NCBI GenBank assembly: GCA_950097015.1
Contig: CATNEN010000039.1
Span: forward strand, 17,794,001-17,858,000
Direction: 5' to 3'
From: Macrostomum hystrix
Lineage: Eukaryota; Animalia; Platyhelminthes
Length of the DNA stretch: 64,000 nt
A model generated the notes under the pieces. That model ran no database searches. It was not told where the DNA came from and saw only the letters and a program-made list of their open reading frames with translations. Below are positions 12,901 through 25,822 of this stretch, piece after piece (the first letter of the stretch is position 1; the number at the start of each line of letters is the position of its first letter). The translations under genes were made by a program, and so were the position numbers.

Positions 12901-15900
12901 TATGTCAGTTATCTGTTCTCTCTGCGCGACATGCCTCCTTTGACAGTTGAGTTCGTTGGTCAGGTTCTACAGGATCTTAAGAGAAAAATAGTGCTCCAGC
13001 GTCCAGCTTCCAACTGGGAATTTAGAAGACCGTGAACTATGACCGGATTTTAATTAAAAGGCCTTACGGACGTGCTAAAAGCATAGCCACTTCTTTCCAG
13101 GGTGTGATTGTAAAATATTCTTTCGAGCTCACAAGCAGAATAGCAGCAGTTTTCTTTGAAGGAGAAAGAAACGAATATTTTGGTCTGTTTGCTTTCAGCT
13201 GAAACTGGACAGTTTGAGCAAGCACCGGAGACTCGGAGAACTCGTAGGGTTCGTGTCAACAGGGAGGCTCAAATAAAAGTGCGCCCCCCACTAGTGAGTC
13301 ACTTCCTGCTCGCACGAAATAGGATGTTTAACTGGCGGAGCGTGGGCGGGTCATTGACAGGACAGTGGATTGGCTGCTGGAAATATGCTTGGCCGAGTCA
13401 TTAAATTCGCGGTTTGGAAGGCCCACACCCGAGCACTGGGGCTGCATATGGCCTTAGCTTGGTAATCTGCCTGATTGACTTTCCACAAATACTGAACTAC
13501 TTCTCACTACCCGTAACTCTCCCCCCTCACTGTCTCCGTCTCTCCCCTCACTGTCTCCGTCTCCCCTCACTGTCTCCGTCTCCCCTCACTGTCTCCGTCT
13601 CTCCCCTCACTCACTGTCTCCGTCTCCCCTCACTGCCTCCGTCTCCCCTCACTGTCTCCCTCTCACCCTCACTGTCTCCGTCTCCCCTCACTCACTGTCT
13701 CCGTCTCCCCTCACTGTCTCCCTCTCCCCCTCACTGTCTCCCTCTCACCCTCACTGTCTCCGTCTCCCCTCACTCACTGTCTCCGTCTCCCCTCACTGTC
13801 TCCCTCTCCCCCTCACTGTCTCCCTCTCCCCTTACTGTCTCCGTCTCCCCTCACTCACTGTCTCCGTCTCCCCTCACTCACTGTCTCCGTCTCCCCTCAC
13901 TGTCTCCCTCTCCCCCTCACTGTCTCCCTCTCCCCTTACTGTGTCCCTCTCCCCCTCACTGTCTCCCTCTCCCCTTACTGTGTCCCTCTCCCCCTCACTG
14001 TCTCCCTCTCCCCTCACTGTCTCCGTCTCCCCTCACTGTCTCCCTCTCCCCCTCACTGCCTCCCTCTCCCCTCACTGTCTCTCTCTCACCCTCACTGTCT
14101 CCCTCTCCCCTTACTGTGTCCCTCTCCCCCTCACTGTCTCCCTCTCTCCTCACTGTCTCTCTCTCACCCTCACTGTCTCCGTCTCCCCCTCACTGTCTCC
14201 CTCTCCCCTTACTGTGTCCCTCTCCCCCTCACTGTCTCCCTCTCCCCTTACTGTGTCCCTCTCCCCCTCACTGTCTCCGTCTCCCCTCACTGTCTCCGTC
14301 TCCCCCTCACTGTCTCCCTCTCACCCTCACTGTCTCCCTCTCACCCTCACTGTCTCCCTCTCCCCCTCACTGTCTCCCTCTCCCCTCACTGTCTCTCTCT
14401 CCCCCTCTCCTTCTCCATCTTTCTCCCTTCATATCTAATTTTTTCTCTGTCAGTGTCTTTCATTTTCTGACTAATTGTGTTTTCTACTAGCCTGGCCTGC
14501 AATGCAAAATATTCATACTTCAATAGCAAAGGCCTGTTACGAGTATAATGAACTAAAAACCCGAGAATGGGTACATTTTTCTCATGTTTCCAAAAATTAG
14601 CAATTTAATAATTGACAAGCGAACCGAGCTGATAATAAAAGTGTGGACCCATACCAGTTTCAACTAGTCAAATGCTAGACATTGACTAAAACTGTCAGAG
14701 CCATATTTGACGCGCAACAATTAGTACTTTTTCGAATCTAAGAAAGAAATCTATTGAGATTATGTGGATAGATCTATTGCGATTTTATGGATAGATCTCC
14801 TGACATTATGTAGATAGATCTACTGAGATTATGTAGACAGATCTACTGACATTATGTAGATAGATCTACTGAGATTATGTAGATAGATCTACTGAGATTA
14901 TGTTGGTAGATCTACTGAGATGACTCAGATGGATCTACTCAGATGTTAATGATAAAATTACGAATATTCGCGAACATTTTACAATGCAATGATTAAGTAC
15001 TCGTAGCAACCACTTTACTAAGAACTCGATTGCAGAGAATTAACTCTGAAAATACTGTAGTTGCCGGTACTTTTGAGAACTTGGTATTTAAAAGACCAAT
15101 GTGACAACAGTTAATTTCAATAAACAACACCCAAATCACCGAATTCAGAATGCACTGGCGAGCAGTTCAAGTTTTACAATGGCATCGACGGCCCACCGGA
15201 GTACTCAATCCAGTACTACAGCTTCGGCGAGGCCCGCTGGAGAACTGGCGGTACATACGTTGGTGAGTGCAGGAAAATGGCGATGACCGAAATTCTTTTA
15301 TCTAGGTTGCTACTTTGATATGACTTCGGAAGAAGCAGCAAGTGCCATTTCTGAAGTCTCTTATTTTAATGAGACCAAAAAACATTCATAATGTCACTAT
15401 TGTGAACACCCACAACGTTACATTTGTTGTTGACATTTAAAACTCTTTTTTTGTCGAGGTTCAAATGTGACTTCTGTCAAAGTTCAATTGTCACTTCTGT
15501 CAAAGTTCAATTGTCACTTCTGTCAAAGTTCAAATGTCACTTCTGTCAAAGTTCAATTGTCACTTCTGTCAAAGTTCAAATGTCACCTCTGTCAAAGTTC
15601 AAATGTCACCTCTGTCAAAGTTCAAATGTCACTTCTGTCAAAGTTCAATTGTCACTTCTATCAAAGTTCAATTGTCACTTCTGTCAAAGTTCAAATGTCA
15701 CCTCTGTCAAAGTTCAAATGTCACTTCTGTCAAAGTTCAAATGTCACTTCTGTCAAAGTTCAAATGTCACTTCTATCAAAGTTCAATTGTCACTTCTGTC
15801 AAAGTTCAAATGTCACCTCTGTCAAAGTTCAAATGTCACTTCTGTCAAAGTTCAAATGTCACCTCTGTCAAAGTTCAAATGTCACTTCTGTCAAAGTTCA

Positions 15901-18900
15901 AATGTCACTTCTGTCAAAGTTCAAATGTCACTTCTGTCAAAGTTCAATTGTCACTTCTGTCAAAGTTCAAATGTCACTTCTGTCAAAATTTCAAATGTAA
16001 TGTCTGTCAGTGTTCATTCTCCTGTGCTTCAATTCAATCTACTCACTTCTCTTCAGTTCTAATGATACAAATTATTACTACACTTGCCACTAATTGCCAC
16101 TTCCCATAACACTCAAAATCTGCCACTTTTCCCGACGTAGTAAATTTCCTGCTGTGAAAATGGAGTCCCGAACAAATTTTTGGCATACAAATTTTAAATT
16201 CACATCGCCCTGTGCTCAGGCTACAGCTGAACAGAAGTACATTTTTTATCGCATGAGCAGAATTTTCTGGCTCTTCAACATGGCCTCAGGCCCATCTGGG
16301 CGCTATGCTCATCTGCTTCTGAAAGATACAAAGAACACGATTTTATTTCTAGTCCCTACTGAGGGTAATTGCGTATTGAGAAGTCGCGATGAGTGTCGAT
16401 GAGTGTTTGACAGAATTTTATAGATTTTTGCATCTACTCATAAAAATGATGAAATCACTCACTAAATTAATTGAACGAAATGGACAATGAAAAACAAGCC
16501 AAAAATGGTTGTCAACTGCCAGAAATGTATTTTGGTTGACTGCAACTACGACAGCCAAGCTACTAGACAAAATTATTAAACAATTAATTTATTGATGCAA
16601 TCTACTACAATTAACAGACGAGACAGACAATTTTCCTTTGAAAAATATTATACAAATAAGCCTTTAACTCCTAGACTGTCCTCAGAACAACCCACTGACC
16701 CACACAGCCTCCAACCCACTGACCCACACAGCCTCCAACCCACTGACCCACACAGCCTCCAACCCACTAACCCACACAGCCTCCAACCCACTGACCCACA
16801 CAGCCTCCAACCCACTGACCCACACAGCCTCCAACCCACTGACCCACACAGCCTCCAACCCACTGATCCAAACAGCCTCCAACCCACTGACCCACACAGC
16901 CTCCAACCCACTGATCCAAACAGCCTCCAACCCACTGACCCACACAGCCTCCAACCCACCGACCCACACAGCCTCCAACCCACTGATCCAAACAGCCTCC
17001 AACCCACTGACCCACACAGCCTCCAACCCACTGACCCACACAGCCTCCAACCCACTGACCCACACAGCCTCCAACCCACTGACCCACACAGCCTCCAACC
17101 CACTGACCCAAACAGCCTCCAACCCACTGACCCACACAGCCTCCAACAAACTCCAACAGGAACCAAATCAGTTGAGCAGCGGCTGACAGTCAATCAGTCG
17201 TTGGATTCGGTGTTCAGTCGCTACCCGGAGTCGCGCTGCGCCGACGAATGCGCCTCAGACGAGGCAAAACAATTTCCAACCAGCAGCTGTTGCTGGCTGT
17301 GCGTGAAATGCGGCCGATACGACATTGTGGAGCAAAGCCAGGCGTCTTCGCCGGGTCAGTCGTGGCTTCGTCGACATTCCGTAGCCAGTCAGGTGTGCCG
17401 AACCTGCGCTAACGGCAGCCAGCCAGACGCGACTAGAAGGAGCTGCCAGCAGCTGCAGCTGACCTGGAGCGGCTACAATCATTCCCACACGATTCCAGTG
17501 ACCGTCATGTCCGGAATCGGCCTCCTTATCACATTGTTCTTCGCTGTGGTCTACTTTGCTAAACGGGACACACCGCTCATTAAGGCTTCGGGTGCGCACA
17601 TTTTGAGATAAAAGATATGGGGCCGAACTATAGGAAGCAATTCAATTCTGTTCAGTTCTGCAAGAGATAGATTAGCAATCCATTCTGTTCAGTTCTGCAA
17701 GAGATGGATTAGCAATCCATTCTGTTCAGTTCTACAAGAGATAGATTAGCAATCCATTCTGTTCAGTTCTGCAAGAGATAGATTAGCAATCCATTCTTTT
17801 CAGTTCTACAAGAGATAGATTAGCAATCCATTCTGTTCAGTTCTGCAAGAGATAGATTAGCAATCCATTCTGATCAGTTCTGCAAGAGATAGATTAGCAA
17901 TCCATTCTGTTCAGTTCTGCAAGAGATAGATTAGCAATCCATTCTGTTCAGTTCTGCAAGAGATAGATTAGCAATCCATTCTGTTCAGTTCTGCAAGAGA
18001 TAGATTAGCAATCCATTCTGATCAGTTCTACAAGAGATAGATTAGCAATCCATTCTGATCAGTTCTACAAGAGATAGATTAGCAATCCATTCTGTTCAGT
18101 TCTACAAGAGATAGATTAGCAATCCATTCTGTTCAGTTCTGCAAGAGATAGATTAGTAATCCATTCTGTTCAGTTCTACAAGAGATAGATTAGCAATCCA
18201 TTCTGTTCAGTTCTACAAGAGATAGATTAGCAATCCATTCTGTTCAGTTCTACAAGAGATAGATTAGCAATCCATTCTGTTCAGTTCTGCAAGAGATAGA
18301 TTAGCAATCCATTCTGTTCAGTTCTACAAGAGATAGATTAGCAATCCATTCTGTTCAGTTCTACAGGAGATAGATTAGCAATCCATTCTGTTCAGTTCTG
18401 CAAGAGATAGATTAGCAATCCATTCTGTTCAGTTCTAACCGCTTCAATACAATTTCCAAAGCAATGCGCCAGACGATTCCCACAATCGCTAACAGGCCGA
18501 GAGACCTCAGCAGTGCTGCTGGGGGGAATATTCCTGTCCTACTTCTTCCCCTACATGATGATGCTGAAGCCTCACCTGGCGGTTTGCATGCTCATCCGGG
18601 TGGCTCCGGGGTTATGCTTCACCGTCTGTCACGCAGCAATCTTGGCCAAGACGAATCGCATTGCGCGAATCTTTCAGGTTTGACTCCTGTTTTGACATTG
18701 TTCTGACATAGGATGTCAGGTCGAGCTACATAGGATGTCAGGTCGAGCTACATAGGATGTCAGGTCGAGCTACATAGGATGTCAGGTCGAGCTACATAGG
18801 ATGTCAGATCAAGCTACATAGAATGTCAGACCGAGCTGCATAGAATGTCAGACCGAGCTACATAGAATGTCAGACCGAGCTGCATAGAATGTCAGACCAA

Positions 18901-21900
18901 GTCGTTACCATTTCCATATCTGAAGTCGGGTATTTATTTTCTTATCCCGCAGGTGTCTTCGAACACTTCAAAGAAGACAAAATTCACTAGTCCAATTTCG
19001 CAGTTGTACATCATTGGATCCATGGTCATCGCCGAACTGCTGATCCTGTCAGTCGGTCTCATTGTCGACACTCCTCAGCCTGTGATCCGGGAGAGTCACG
19101 AGCAGCGAGTTCTTGAATGCAGGGGCGTCAACGCCGCTCACCTCAGCGCCAGCATCTCCTTCCCCATCGTCCTGCTGGTGTTGGCCACTCTGTACGCCTT
19201 CAGAATACGGAAAGTGCCGGACGGATTCAATGAGACCAGAGCCGTGGCGTTTGTCAATTACGCCAACTGCGCCGTGATCATTATCCTCATTCCCGTCATG
19301 TTCGTGCTGGACAAGGAGGCGAGTGACCTCTGGAAGATTTTGCTATGCTGTGTACAGAGGAATGAAGTTAGAAGCCTCCAGGCCTCTCTATCCAGAGTTA
19401 TCTATCCCGGCTCTCTATCCAGGCCTCTCTATCCAGGCATCTCTATCCAGAGTTATCTATCCCGGCTCTCTATCCAGGCCTCTCTATCCAGGCATCTCTA
19501 TCCAGAGTTATCTATCCCGGCTCTCTATCCAGACCTCTCTATCCAGACATCTCTATCCAGAGTTATCTATCCCGGCTCTCTATCCAGGCATCTCTATCCA
19601 GGCCTCTCTATCCAGGCCTCTCTATCCAGGCCTCTCTATCCAGGCCTCTCTATCCAGGCCTCTCTATACAGGTCTCTCTATCCAGGCCTCTCTATCCAGG
19701 CCTCTCTATCCAGGCCTCTCTATCCAGGCCTCTCTATCCAGGCCTCTCTATACAGGTCTCTCTATCCAGGCCTCTCTATCCAGGCCTCTCTATCCAGGCA
19801 TCTCTATACAGGTCTCTCTATCCAGGCCTTTCTTTCCTGGCCACTCTATCCTGAAACCAATATGACGAAAAGGAAGATTAGATGTTCCATATTGTATCTG
19901 AAGACTGACGAAGTATGCTTAAGGATGTCGTCCTTAGAGTTAAAAAACTGTACCAATAATTCTACTGGCAGTAGTAGTGTACTGCAGATTTCAAAATTTT
20001 CTCTGTTACTTTTGGAATGTTTTTAGGTACAAACGGGTGTGGTCCTCTGCTACGGAATGCAGCTATCCGCTTCTGCAGTACTTCTTGGCCTATTCCTGCC
20101 AAAGGTCTACATTGTGCTAGTCAGGCCGGAGAAAAATACCAAGGAGGCTGTTATGAGCCGGACAAGGTCATTGGGCACGATCAACTCAAAATATGCCCAG
20201 GTTGAGATGAGAAACTCAATGGGTAAGTCGATGCTGGTTTGTTTGTTGCAGGCTCAGTTCCGCTGGCAAAACGACCCACTACCCCAATTACAGGCTCAGT
20301 TCCGCTGGCAAAACGACCCACTACCCCAATTACAGGCTCAGTTCCACTGACAAAACGACCCACTAACCCAATTACAGGCTCAGTTCCGCTGGCAAAACGA
20401 CCCACTAACCCAATTACAGGCTCAGTTCCGCTGGCAAAACGACCCACCACCCCAATTACAGGCTCAGTTCCGCTAACAAAACGACCCACCATCCCAATTC
20501 CAGGCTCAGTTCCGCTGACAAAACGACCCACCATCCCAATTCCAGGCTCAGTTCCGCTGACAAAACGACCCACCATCCCAATTCCAGGCTCAGTTCCGCT
20601 GACAAAACGACCCACCATCCCAATTCCAGGCTCAGTTCCGCTGACAAAACGACCCACCACCCCAATTACAGGCTCAGTTCCACTGGCAAAACGACCCACC
20701 ATCCCAATTCCAGGCTCAGTTCCGCTGACAAAACGACCCACCATCCCAATTCCAGGCTCAGTTCCGCTGACAAAACGACCCACCATCCCAATTCCAGGCT
20801 CAGTTCCGCTGACAAAACGACCCACCATCCCAATTCCAGGCTCAGTTCCGCTGACAAAACGACCCACCACCCCAATTACAGGCTCAGTTCCACTGGCAAA
20901 ACGACCCACCATCCCAATTACAGGCTCAGTTCCACTGACAAAACGACCCACCACCCCAATTCCAGGCTCAGTTCAACTGACAAAACGACCCACCACCCCA
21001 ATTCCAGGCTCAGTTCCACTGACAAAACGACCCACCACCCCAATTCCAGGCTCAGTTCCACTGACAAAACGACCCACCACCCCAATTCCAGGCTCAGTTC
21101 TGCAGGACACGAACAACCCACCACCCTAATTCCAGGCTCAGTTCTGCAGGACACGAACAACCCACCACCCCAATTCCAGGCTCAGATCCGCAGGACACAA
21201 ACAACCCACCACCCCAATTCCAGGCTCACTTCCGCAGGACACAAACAACCCACCACCCCAATTCCAGGATCAGTTCCGCAGGACACAAACAACCCACCAC
21301 CCAAATTCCAGGCTCAGTTCCGCAGGACACAAACAACCCACCACCCCAATTCCAGGCTCAGTTCCGCAGGACACAAACAACCCACCACCCAAATTCCAGG
21401 CTCAGTTCCGCAGGACACAAACAACCCACCACCCCAATTCCAGGCTCACTTCCGCAGGACACAAACAACCCACCACCCCAATTCCAGGATCAGTTCCGCA
21501 GGACACAAACAACCCACCACCCAAATTCCAGGCTCAGTTCTGCAGGACACGAACAACCCACCACCCCAATTCCAGGCTCAGATCCGCAGGACACAAACAA
21601 CCCACCACCCCAATTCCAGGCTCACTTCCGCAGGACACAAACAACCCACCACCCCAATTCCAGGATCAGTTCCGCAGGACACAAACAACCCACCACCCAA
21701 ATTCCAGGCTCAGTTCCGCAGGACACAAACAACCCACCACCCCAATTCCAGACTCAGTTCCGCTGGACACAAACAACCCACCACCCCAATTCCAGGCTCA
21801 GTTCCGCAGGACACAAACAACCCACCACCCCAATTCCAGGCTCAGTTCCGCAGGATATGAACAATCTCGGGCCGGGTGATTCCTCAGTAGATTTGCACTT

Positions 21901-22240
21901 TACGGCTAATCGTCACCAGAGCACTGCAAAGTTTCACACGGACTCGTTTAATTCCACTGAGCATCAGCAGCAGCATCAGCAGCAGCAGCAGCAGCTGTCT
22001 CGCGCCAACAGCATTGCAGCAGTTCCTTGTACCTGCATGTGTCGGGTGCACAAAAATGTTTCCTTCTCGGATGTTGAGATCCTCAGACAGCCCATAGACA
22101 ATGGCAGCGGGCCATCCACTGTGGAAGATGCAGATCTTTCTTCATCGGCCAAATTGCCAGTTAGTCTCAGAGTGGCCAATAGTCAGCAGCAGACCCTGCG
22201 CCAGATGAGTGTTCCTGCTGAGTTTACAACGACAGTCTGA
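6914..22240 (+). CDS. Metabotropic glutamate receptor-like class C GPCR, ~1073 aa; exons 6914-7528, 9742-9854, 10590-10807, 12003-12425, 12500-12661, 15149-15262, 17160-17591, 18496-18677, 18953-19318, 20027-20222, 21840-22240
   Basis: Signal peptide. Venus flytrap motifs (GDMIIGALYPMH, DTC, IPQISHMST, FLRTVPSD, WTYV..NYG, WIGTDSW, NPWLREW). Cys-rich domain (ESRCADEC..CCWLCVKC). 7TM motifs (TPLIKASGRE, KTNRIARIF, FNETR, LFLPKVYIV). C-terminal TTV PDZ ligand. Intron phases are consistent and the CDS totals 3222 nt. Confidence 0.9.
7555..8000. repeat. ~28-bp purine-rich minisatellite (gagagtagagtgatgatagtatagtggt) next to the intron-1 donor
   Basis: Tandem copies. Confidence 0.9.
8768..8893. 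repeat. 16-bp repeat (tgtctcatctctcccc)
   Basis: Tandem copies. Confidence 0.85.
10394..10572. repeat. (CAGA)n microsatellite next to the intron-2 acceptor
   Basis: Direct inspection. Confidence 0.97.
10830..11285. repeat. 15-bp repeat (tagagtagagtggaa) decaying to (tagaa/tagag)n, next to the intron-3 donor
   Basis: Direct inspection. Confidence 0.9.
12688..12812. repeat. 17-bp repeat (gagtgaggtgggtgagg) next to the intron-5 donor
   Basis: Direct inspection. Confidence 0.9.
13520..14420. repeat. ~20-21-bp CT-rich minisatellite (cctcactgtctccctctccc)
   Basis: Tandem copies; source of ORFs 13414 and 13941. Confidence 0.93.
14750..14942. repeat. 23-bp repeat (atctactgagattatgtagatag)
   Basis: Tandem copies. 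Confidence 0.85.
15458..15995. repeat. 23-bp minisatellite (tgtcacttctgtcaaagttcaaa)
   Basis: Tandem copies, open in all three frames. Confidence 0.95.
16688..17146. repeat. 24-bp minisatellite x19 (caacccactgacccacacagcctc) directly before the intron-6 acceptor
   Basis: Tandem copies ending ~13 nt before exon 17160. Confidence 0.96.
17640..18436. repeat. 37-bp minisatellite (agagatagattagcaatccattctgttcagttctgca) filling intron 7
   Basis: Tandem copies. Confidence 0.96.
18707..18898. repeat. 22-bp minisatellite (cataggatgtcaggtcgagcta) in intron 8
   Basis: Tandem copies. Confidence 0.92.
19377..19830. repeat. 14-bp minisatellite (ctctctatccaggc) in intron 9
   Basis: Tandem copies. Confidence 0.93.
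20252..21839. repeat. Two-part minisatellite, 20 x 42 bp then 17 x 44 bp; each unit ends caatt(a/c)cag and begins gctcagttcc
   Basis: 20252+840=21092 and 21092+748=21840, which is the start of the last exon. Confidence 0.95.
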
Positions 22241-22444
22241 CACAAAATTGTGATAAAATTATGCGTCAATTATTTAAAAAAAACTCCTTTAACTTTACTT
22301 TCTTCAAATCATTCTTTTAGGGAATCAAAAGACAATTGCCTCGATCATTTATACAAAAGATAGTTTTGCTTTTCTTATAATAGATATAGATATATATATT
22401 TGTTCATTAAGGCGAAATGAGTGTAACGGGTGAATAATGAGCGG

Positions 22445-22720
22445 CACAGGTGAATTCCTAGTGCAACAGGTGAATTCCAAGTGTCACAGGTGAATTCCTA
22501 GTGTAACAGGTGAATTCCTAGTGTCACAGGTGAATTCCTAGTGTCACAGGTGAATTCCTAGTGTGGCAGGTGAATTTCTAGTGTGACCGGTGAATTACTA
22601 GTGTAACAGGTGAATTCCTAGTGTCACAGGTGAATTCCTAGTGTCACAGGTGAATTCCTAGTGTGGCAGGTGAATTTTTAGTGTGACCGGTGAATTACTA
22701 GTGTAACAGGTGAATTATGA
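22445..22720. repeat. 20-bp minisatellite (caggtgaattcctagtgtca)
   Basis: Tandem copies. Confidence 0.9.
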
Positions 22721-23084
22721 GTGACACTATGATTCACAAACAGGTGTCACTATTATTGTGAGATGTTTTCGTCCAATCCTGTAAAAATACTTTTTATCAA
22801 GAACATGTTTAACTTTTCGCAAGAGTTTGAAATCAATTTTACTGCTTTTTTATATCTGCACCAAAATAAGCATCAATGCAAGTATGTGGTACTGTAATTG
22901 TCAATACCAATTAATTGGTCACTTTCCATTTGTTTGTTTGGTATAATAAAAAACTCATATACAACTGTACATATTCAGTACATATATGATAATTTGCTAA
23001 AAAGAAACCTATTTTATATAGGAAATTACCAAGGAAGTATGCATTTTATTTAAATGTTACAATTTAGATAAACATTGGTCGACC

Positions 23085-23605
23085 TTCTGTGGAATAGGTG
23101 ACACCTCTGTGGAACAGGTGACACCTCTGTGGAACAGGTGACACCTCTGTGGAACAGGTGACACCTCTGTGGAACAGATGACACCTCTGTGGAACAGGTG
23201 ACACCTCTGTAGAACAGGTGACACCTCTGTGGAACAGGTGACACCTCTGTAGAACAGGTGACACCTCTGTGGAACAGATGACACCTCTGTGGAACAGGTG
23301 ACACCTCTGTGGAACAGGTGACACCTCTGTAGAACAGGTGACACCTCTGTGGAACAGGTGACACCTCTGTGGAACAGGTGACACCTCTGTGGAACAGATG
23401 ACACCTCTGTGGAACAGATGACACCTCTGTGGAACAGGTGACACCTCTGTGGAACAGGTGACACCTCTGTGGAACAGGTGACACCTCTGTGGAACAGGTG
23501 ACACCTCTGTAGAACAGGTGACACCTCTGTGGAACAGGTGACACCTCTGTGGAACAGGTGACACCTCTGTGGAACAGGTGACACCTCTGTGGAACAGGTG
23601 ACACC
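23085..23605. repeat. 20-bp minisatellite (gacacctctgtggaacaggt), near-perfect
   Basis: Tandem copies. Confidence 0.97.
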
Positions 23606-23949
23606 CTTATGCTGACACCCTTATGCAACTCAAAAAGAAAACTGTTGTAGTAGCAACATAATGCTAATATCTGATTTAATATTTAGTATAGAAAACGATT
23701 ATTTTATGCTAGAATGAAACGCAATACAGTTTATTCAGCAATGTATTTCTAGCAATCCATTCTATTCCTTCATCCATTTGGTAGATTCTTGGACTATTGG
23801 TTCAATTATGTAATTAATGCAATCTGTGGCTCTAGCATTTGTCTCTCATTCTATTTTGCTGAAACAGCTTGAAAAATTGCCATCAAAATCATGATCGTAT
23901 ATTTGTTATACTCGTACTTTCTTTGGCACCAATTTAAAAAGCAATCTGG

Positions 23950-25822
23950 CTAACGGTGCAAATCACTTCGCAACTTGTCGATTTGGTAGACAATGTCGGG
24001 GCCGTATAAAAGTCGAATGCCGAAACTGCGCGCGTCAACCAGATGAGCAGATGCAATTTGAGCACGCTGGTTCAGATGGACAAATGAGTGAAAAGTGTGC
24101 GATTCGTTTGGGTTGGGCGCGTAGTTCAAAAAATTGTGCGGCTGGAAGCGTTTGCATTCCTCGGCGAAGCCGAACCATTGCTCGGCGATGGGAGACGAGC
24201 AGAGGCGACGAAATGCGCGCGACATTTCCACCGTGCCATTGTCATAGACTGGCAGAAATTTCACTGGAGAGACTAAATACGGACAATAAACACCTGGGCA
24301 GCCAATACCGTTGTGGGCCTTGGATGGAAGAATTATAGCAAAGTAATCAATTAGTATCGGTGATCAGGTACCGGTAATCGGGCATTGGGAACAGGGTATT
24401 GGGAATCAGGAATTGGCAATTAGGTATTGGGAACTGGGGATTGGAAATCGGGCATTGGAAATAGGGTATTGGCGATCGGGTATTGGCAATCGGGTATTGG
24501 GAATCGAGTATTGGGAATCGGGTATCGGGAATAGGGTATTGTGAATAGGGTATCGGGAATCGGGTATTGGGAATCGGGCATTGGAAATAGGGTATTGGCG
24601 ATCGGGTATTGGGAATCGAGTATTGGGAATCGGGTATCGGGAATAGGGCATTGGAAATAGGGTATCGGAAATCGGGTATTGGGAATCGAGTATTGGGAAT
24701 CGGGTATTGGGAATCGGGTATTGGGAATCGGGTATTGGGAATCGGGTATTGGGAATCGGACGTATTGGCAATCGGGTATTGGTAATCGGGCATTGTGAAT
24801 CGGGTATTGGCAATCGGGTATTGGCAATCGGGTATTAGGAATCGGGTATTGGGAATCGGGTATCGGGGTAATCGCTTAGACACTGACCTGCTGAAACATT
24901 AGCGCCACTCGAGTGAGCAGAACTGGTCCCGTGATGTACGCAGCCTGTAGTGTGCTCTTTCTTGGCTTTCGGCCAATTAGAAAATGCTTGAGCTGTTGCA
25001 GGTAGAACAGCCAGAACGGGTGCTCTGGAACACTGTACATGATGGCATTGCTCACTAATCTTGGCATTCTAAAGTTGTTCAGTGCGTGCAGGTACGGCTC
25101 GAGCGGCAAGATCAGAGCGTGACGGGAGGTGTACCTGTCCGCCCTGCTCAGGCAGCCGGTGTCGAGGTCGGCGTACCAGCCTCCCATGGCGTGCAGCACG
25201 AAGGCCCGCGCTGTGTCCGAGCGCTCCATGTAGTTTGAGAGCTGCTTGTAGTAAATGTCTTGCCAGGTGCGGTAGCGCCGACTGATCAGCAGGTCGATCT
25301 CCGCGTCAGTCCAGAAGTAAATTTCATAGTCCGGGTAGACAGCTCTGAGAAATGAAATTCTTTGTCAATCTTAATAATTCTGCCTATTTCCTAAGCGCAC
25401 ACTTTTTTAATGTCAAGCAGTAGTGTTCGGAATGCCCTGCTGGATAAGCAAAACATAACCCTAACCCTAACCCTAACCCTAACCCTAACCCTAACCCAGT
25501 GTGAAACAGACAAACTTCACCTCCACGAACTGAGCAGATCTTTGAACTTGGCGTTCAACCAGTACTCCTTGTACATAAAGTGTATTCGCTTAACCATTGT
25601 CTGACTTCCTGTCGTTGGCAGGGCAAAGTTCACCGCAATGTCCGCACGTTCGGCGCTGGTGATTCGCGGCTCGGGCATTAGTTCGAACGACTCCCACCAA
25701 GTCTTGGTGTTGATGGCCACCAAGCTGACTGCTGCCATTGTCAGGAGCGCCACGGCAAGCCTCTTGAACGGCCGATGCCGGACAATGTGGCGAAAAATAA
25801 CTACTGTGAGTTTTAGCAGCAT
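23950..25822 (-). CDS. Type II membrane DXD glycosyltransferase, GT32 (SUR1/OCH1/A4GALT-like), ~375 aa; exons 25822-25521, 25344-24888, 24318-23950
   Basis: N-terminal TM segment. [72 protein letters not shown] joins keep the frame (1128 nt). Confidence 0.82.
24362..24870. repeat. 14-bp minisatellite (gggaatcgggtatt) filling glycosyltransferase intron 2
   Basis: Tandem copies. Confidence 0.93.
25456..25497. repeat. (TAACCC)7 telomere-type repeat in glycosyltransferase intron 1
   Basis: Seven perfect copies of the TTAGGG complement. Confidence 0.9.

Noticed and set aside
17640-18436. 37-bp regular repeats resembling a CRISPR array
   Set aside because: Head-to-tail copies with no unique spacers, no cas genes, inside a eukaryotic intron.
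2706-24883. Long low-complexity ORFs ([39 protein letters not shown] and similar)
   Set aside because: They are translations of minisatellites, open in several frames or strands, and lie in introns or intergenic DNA.
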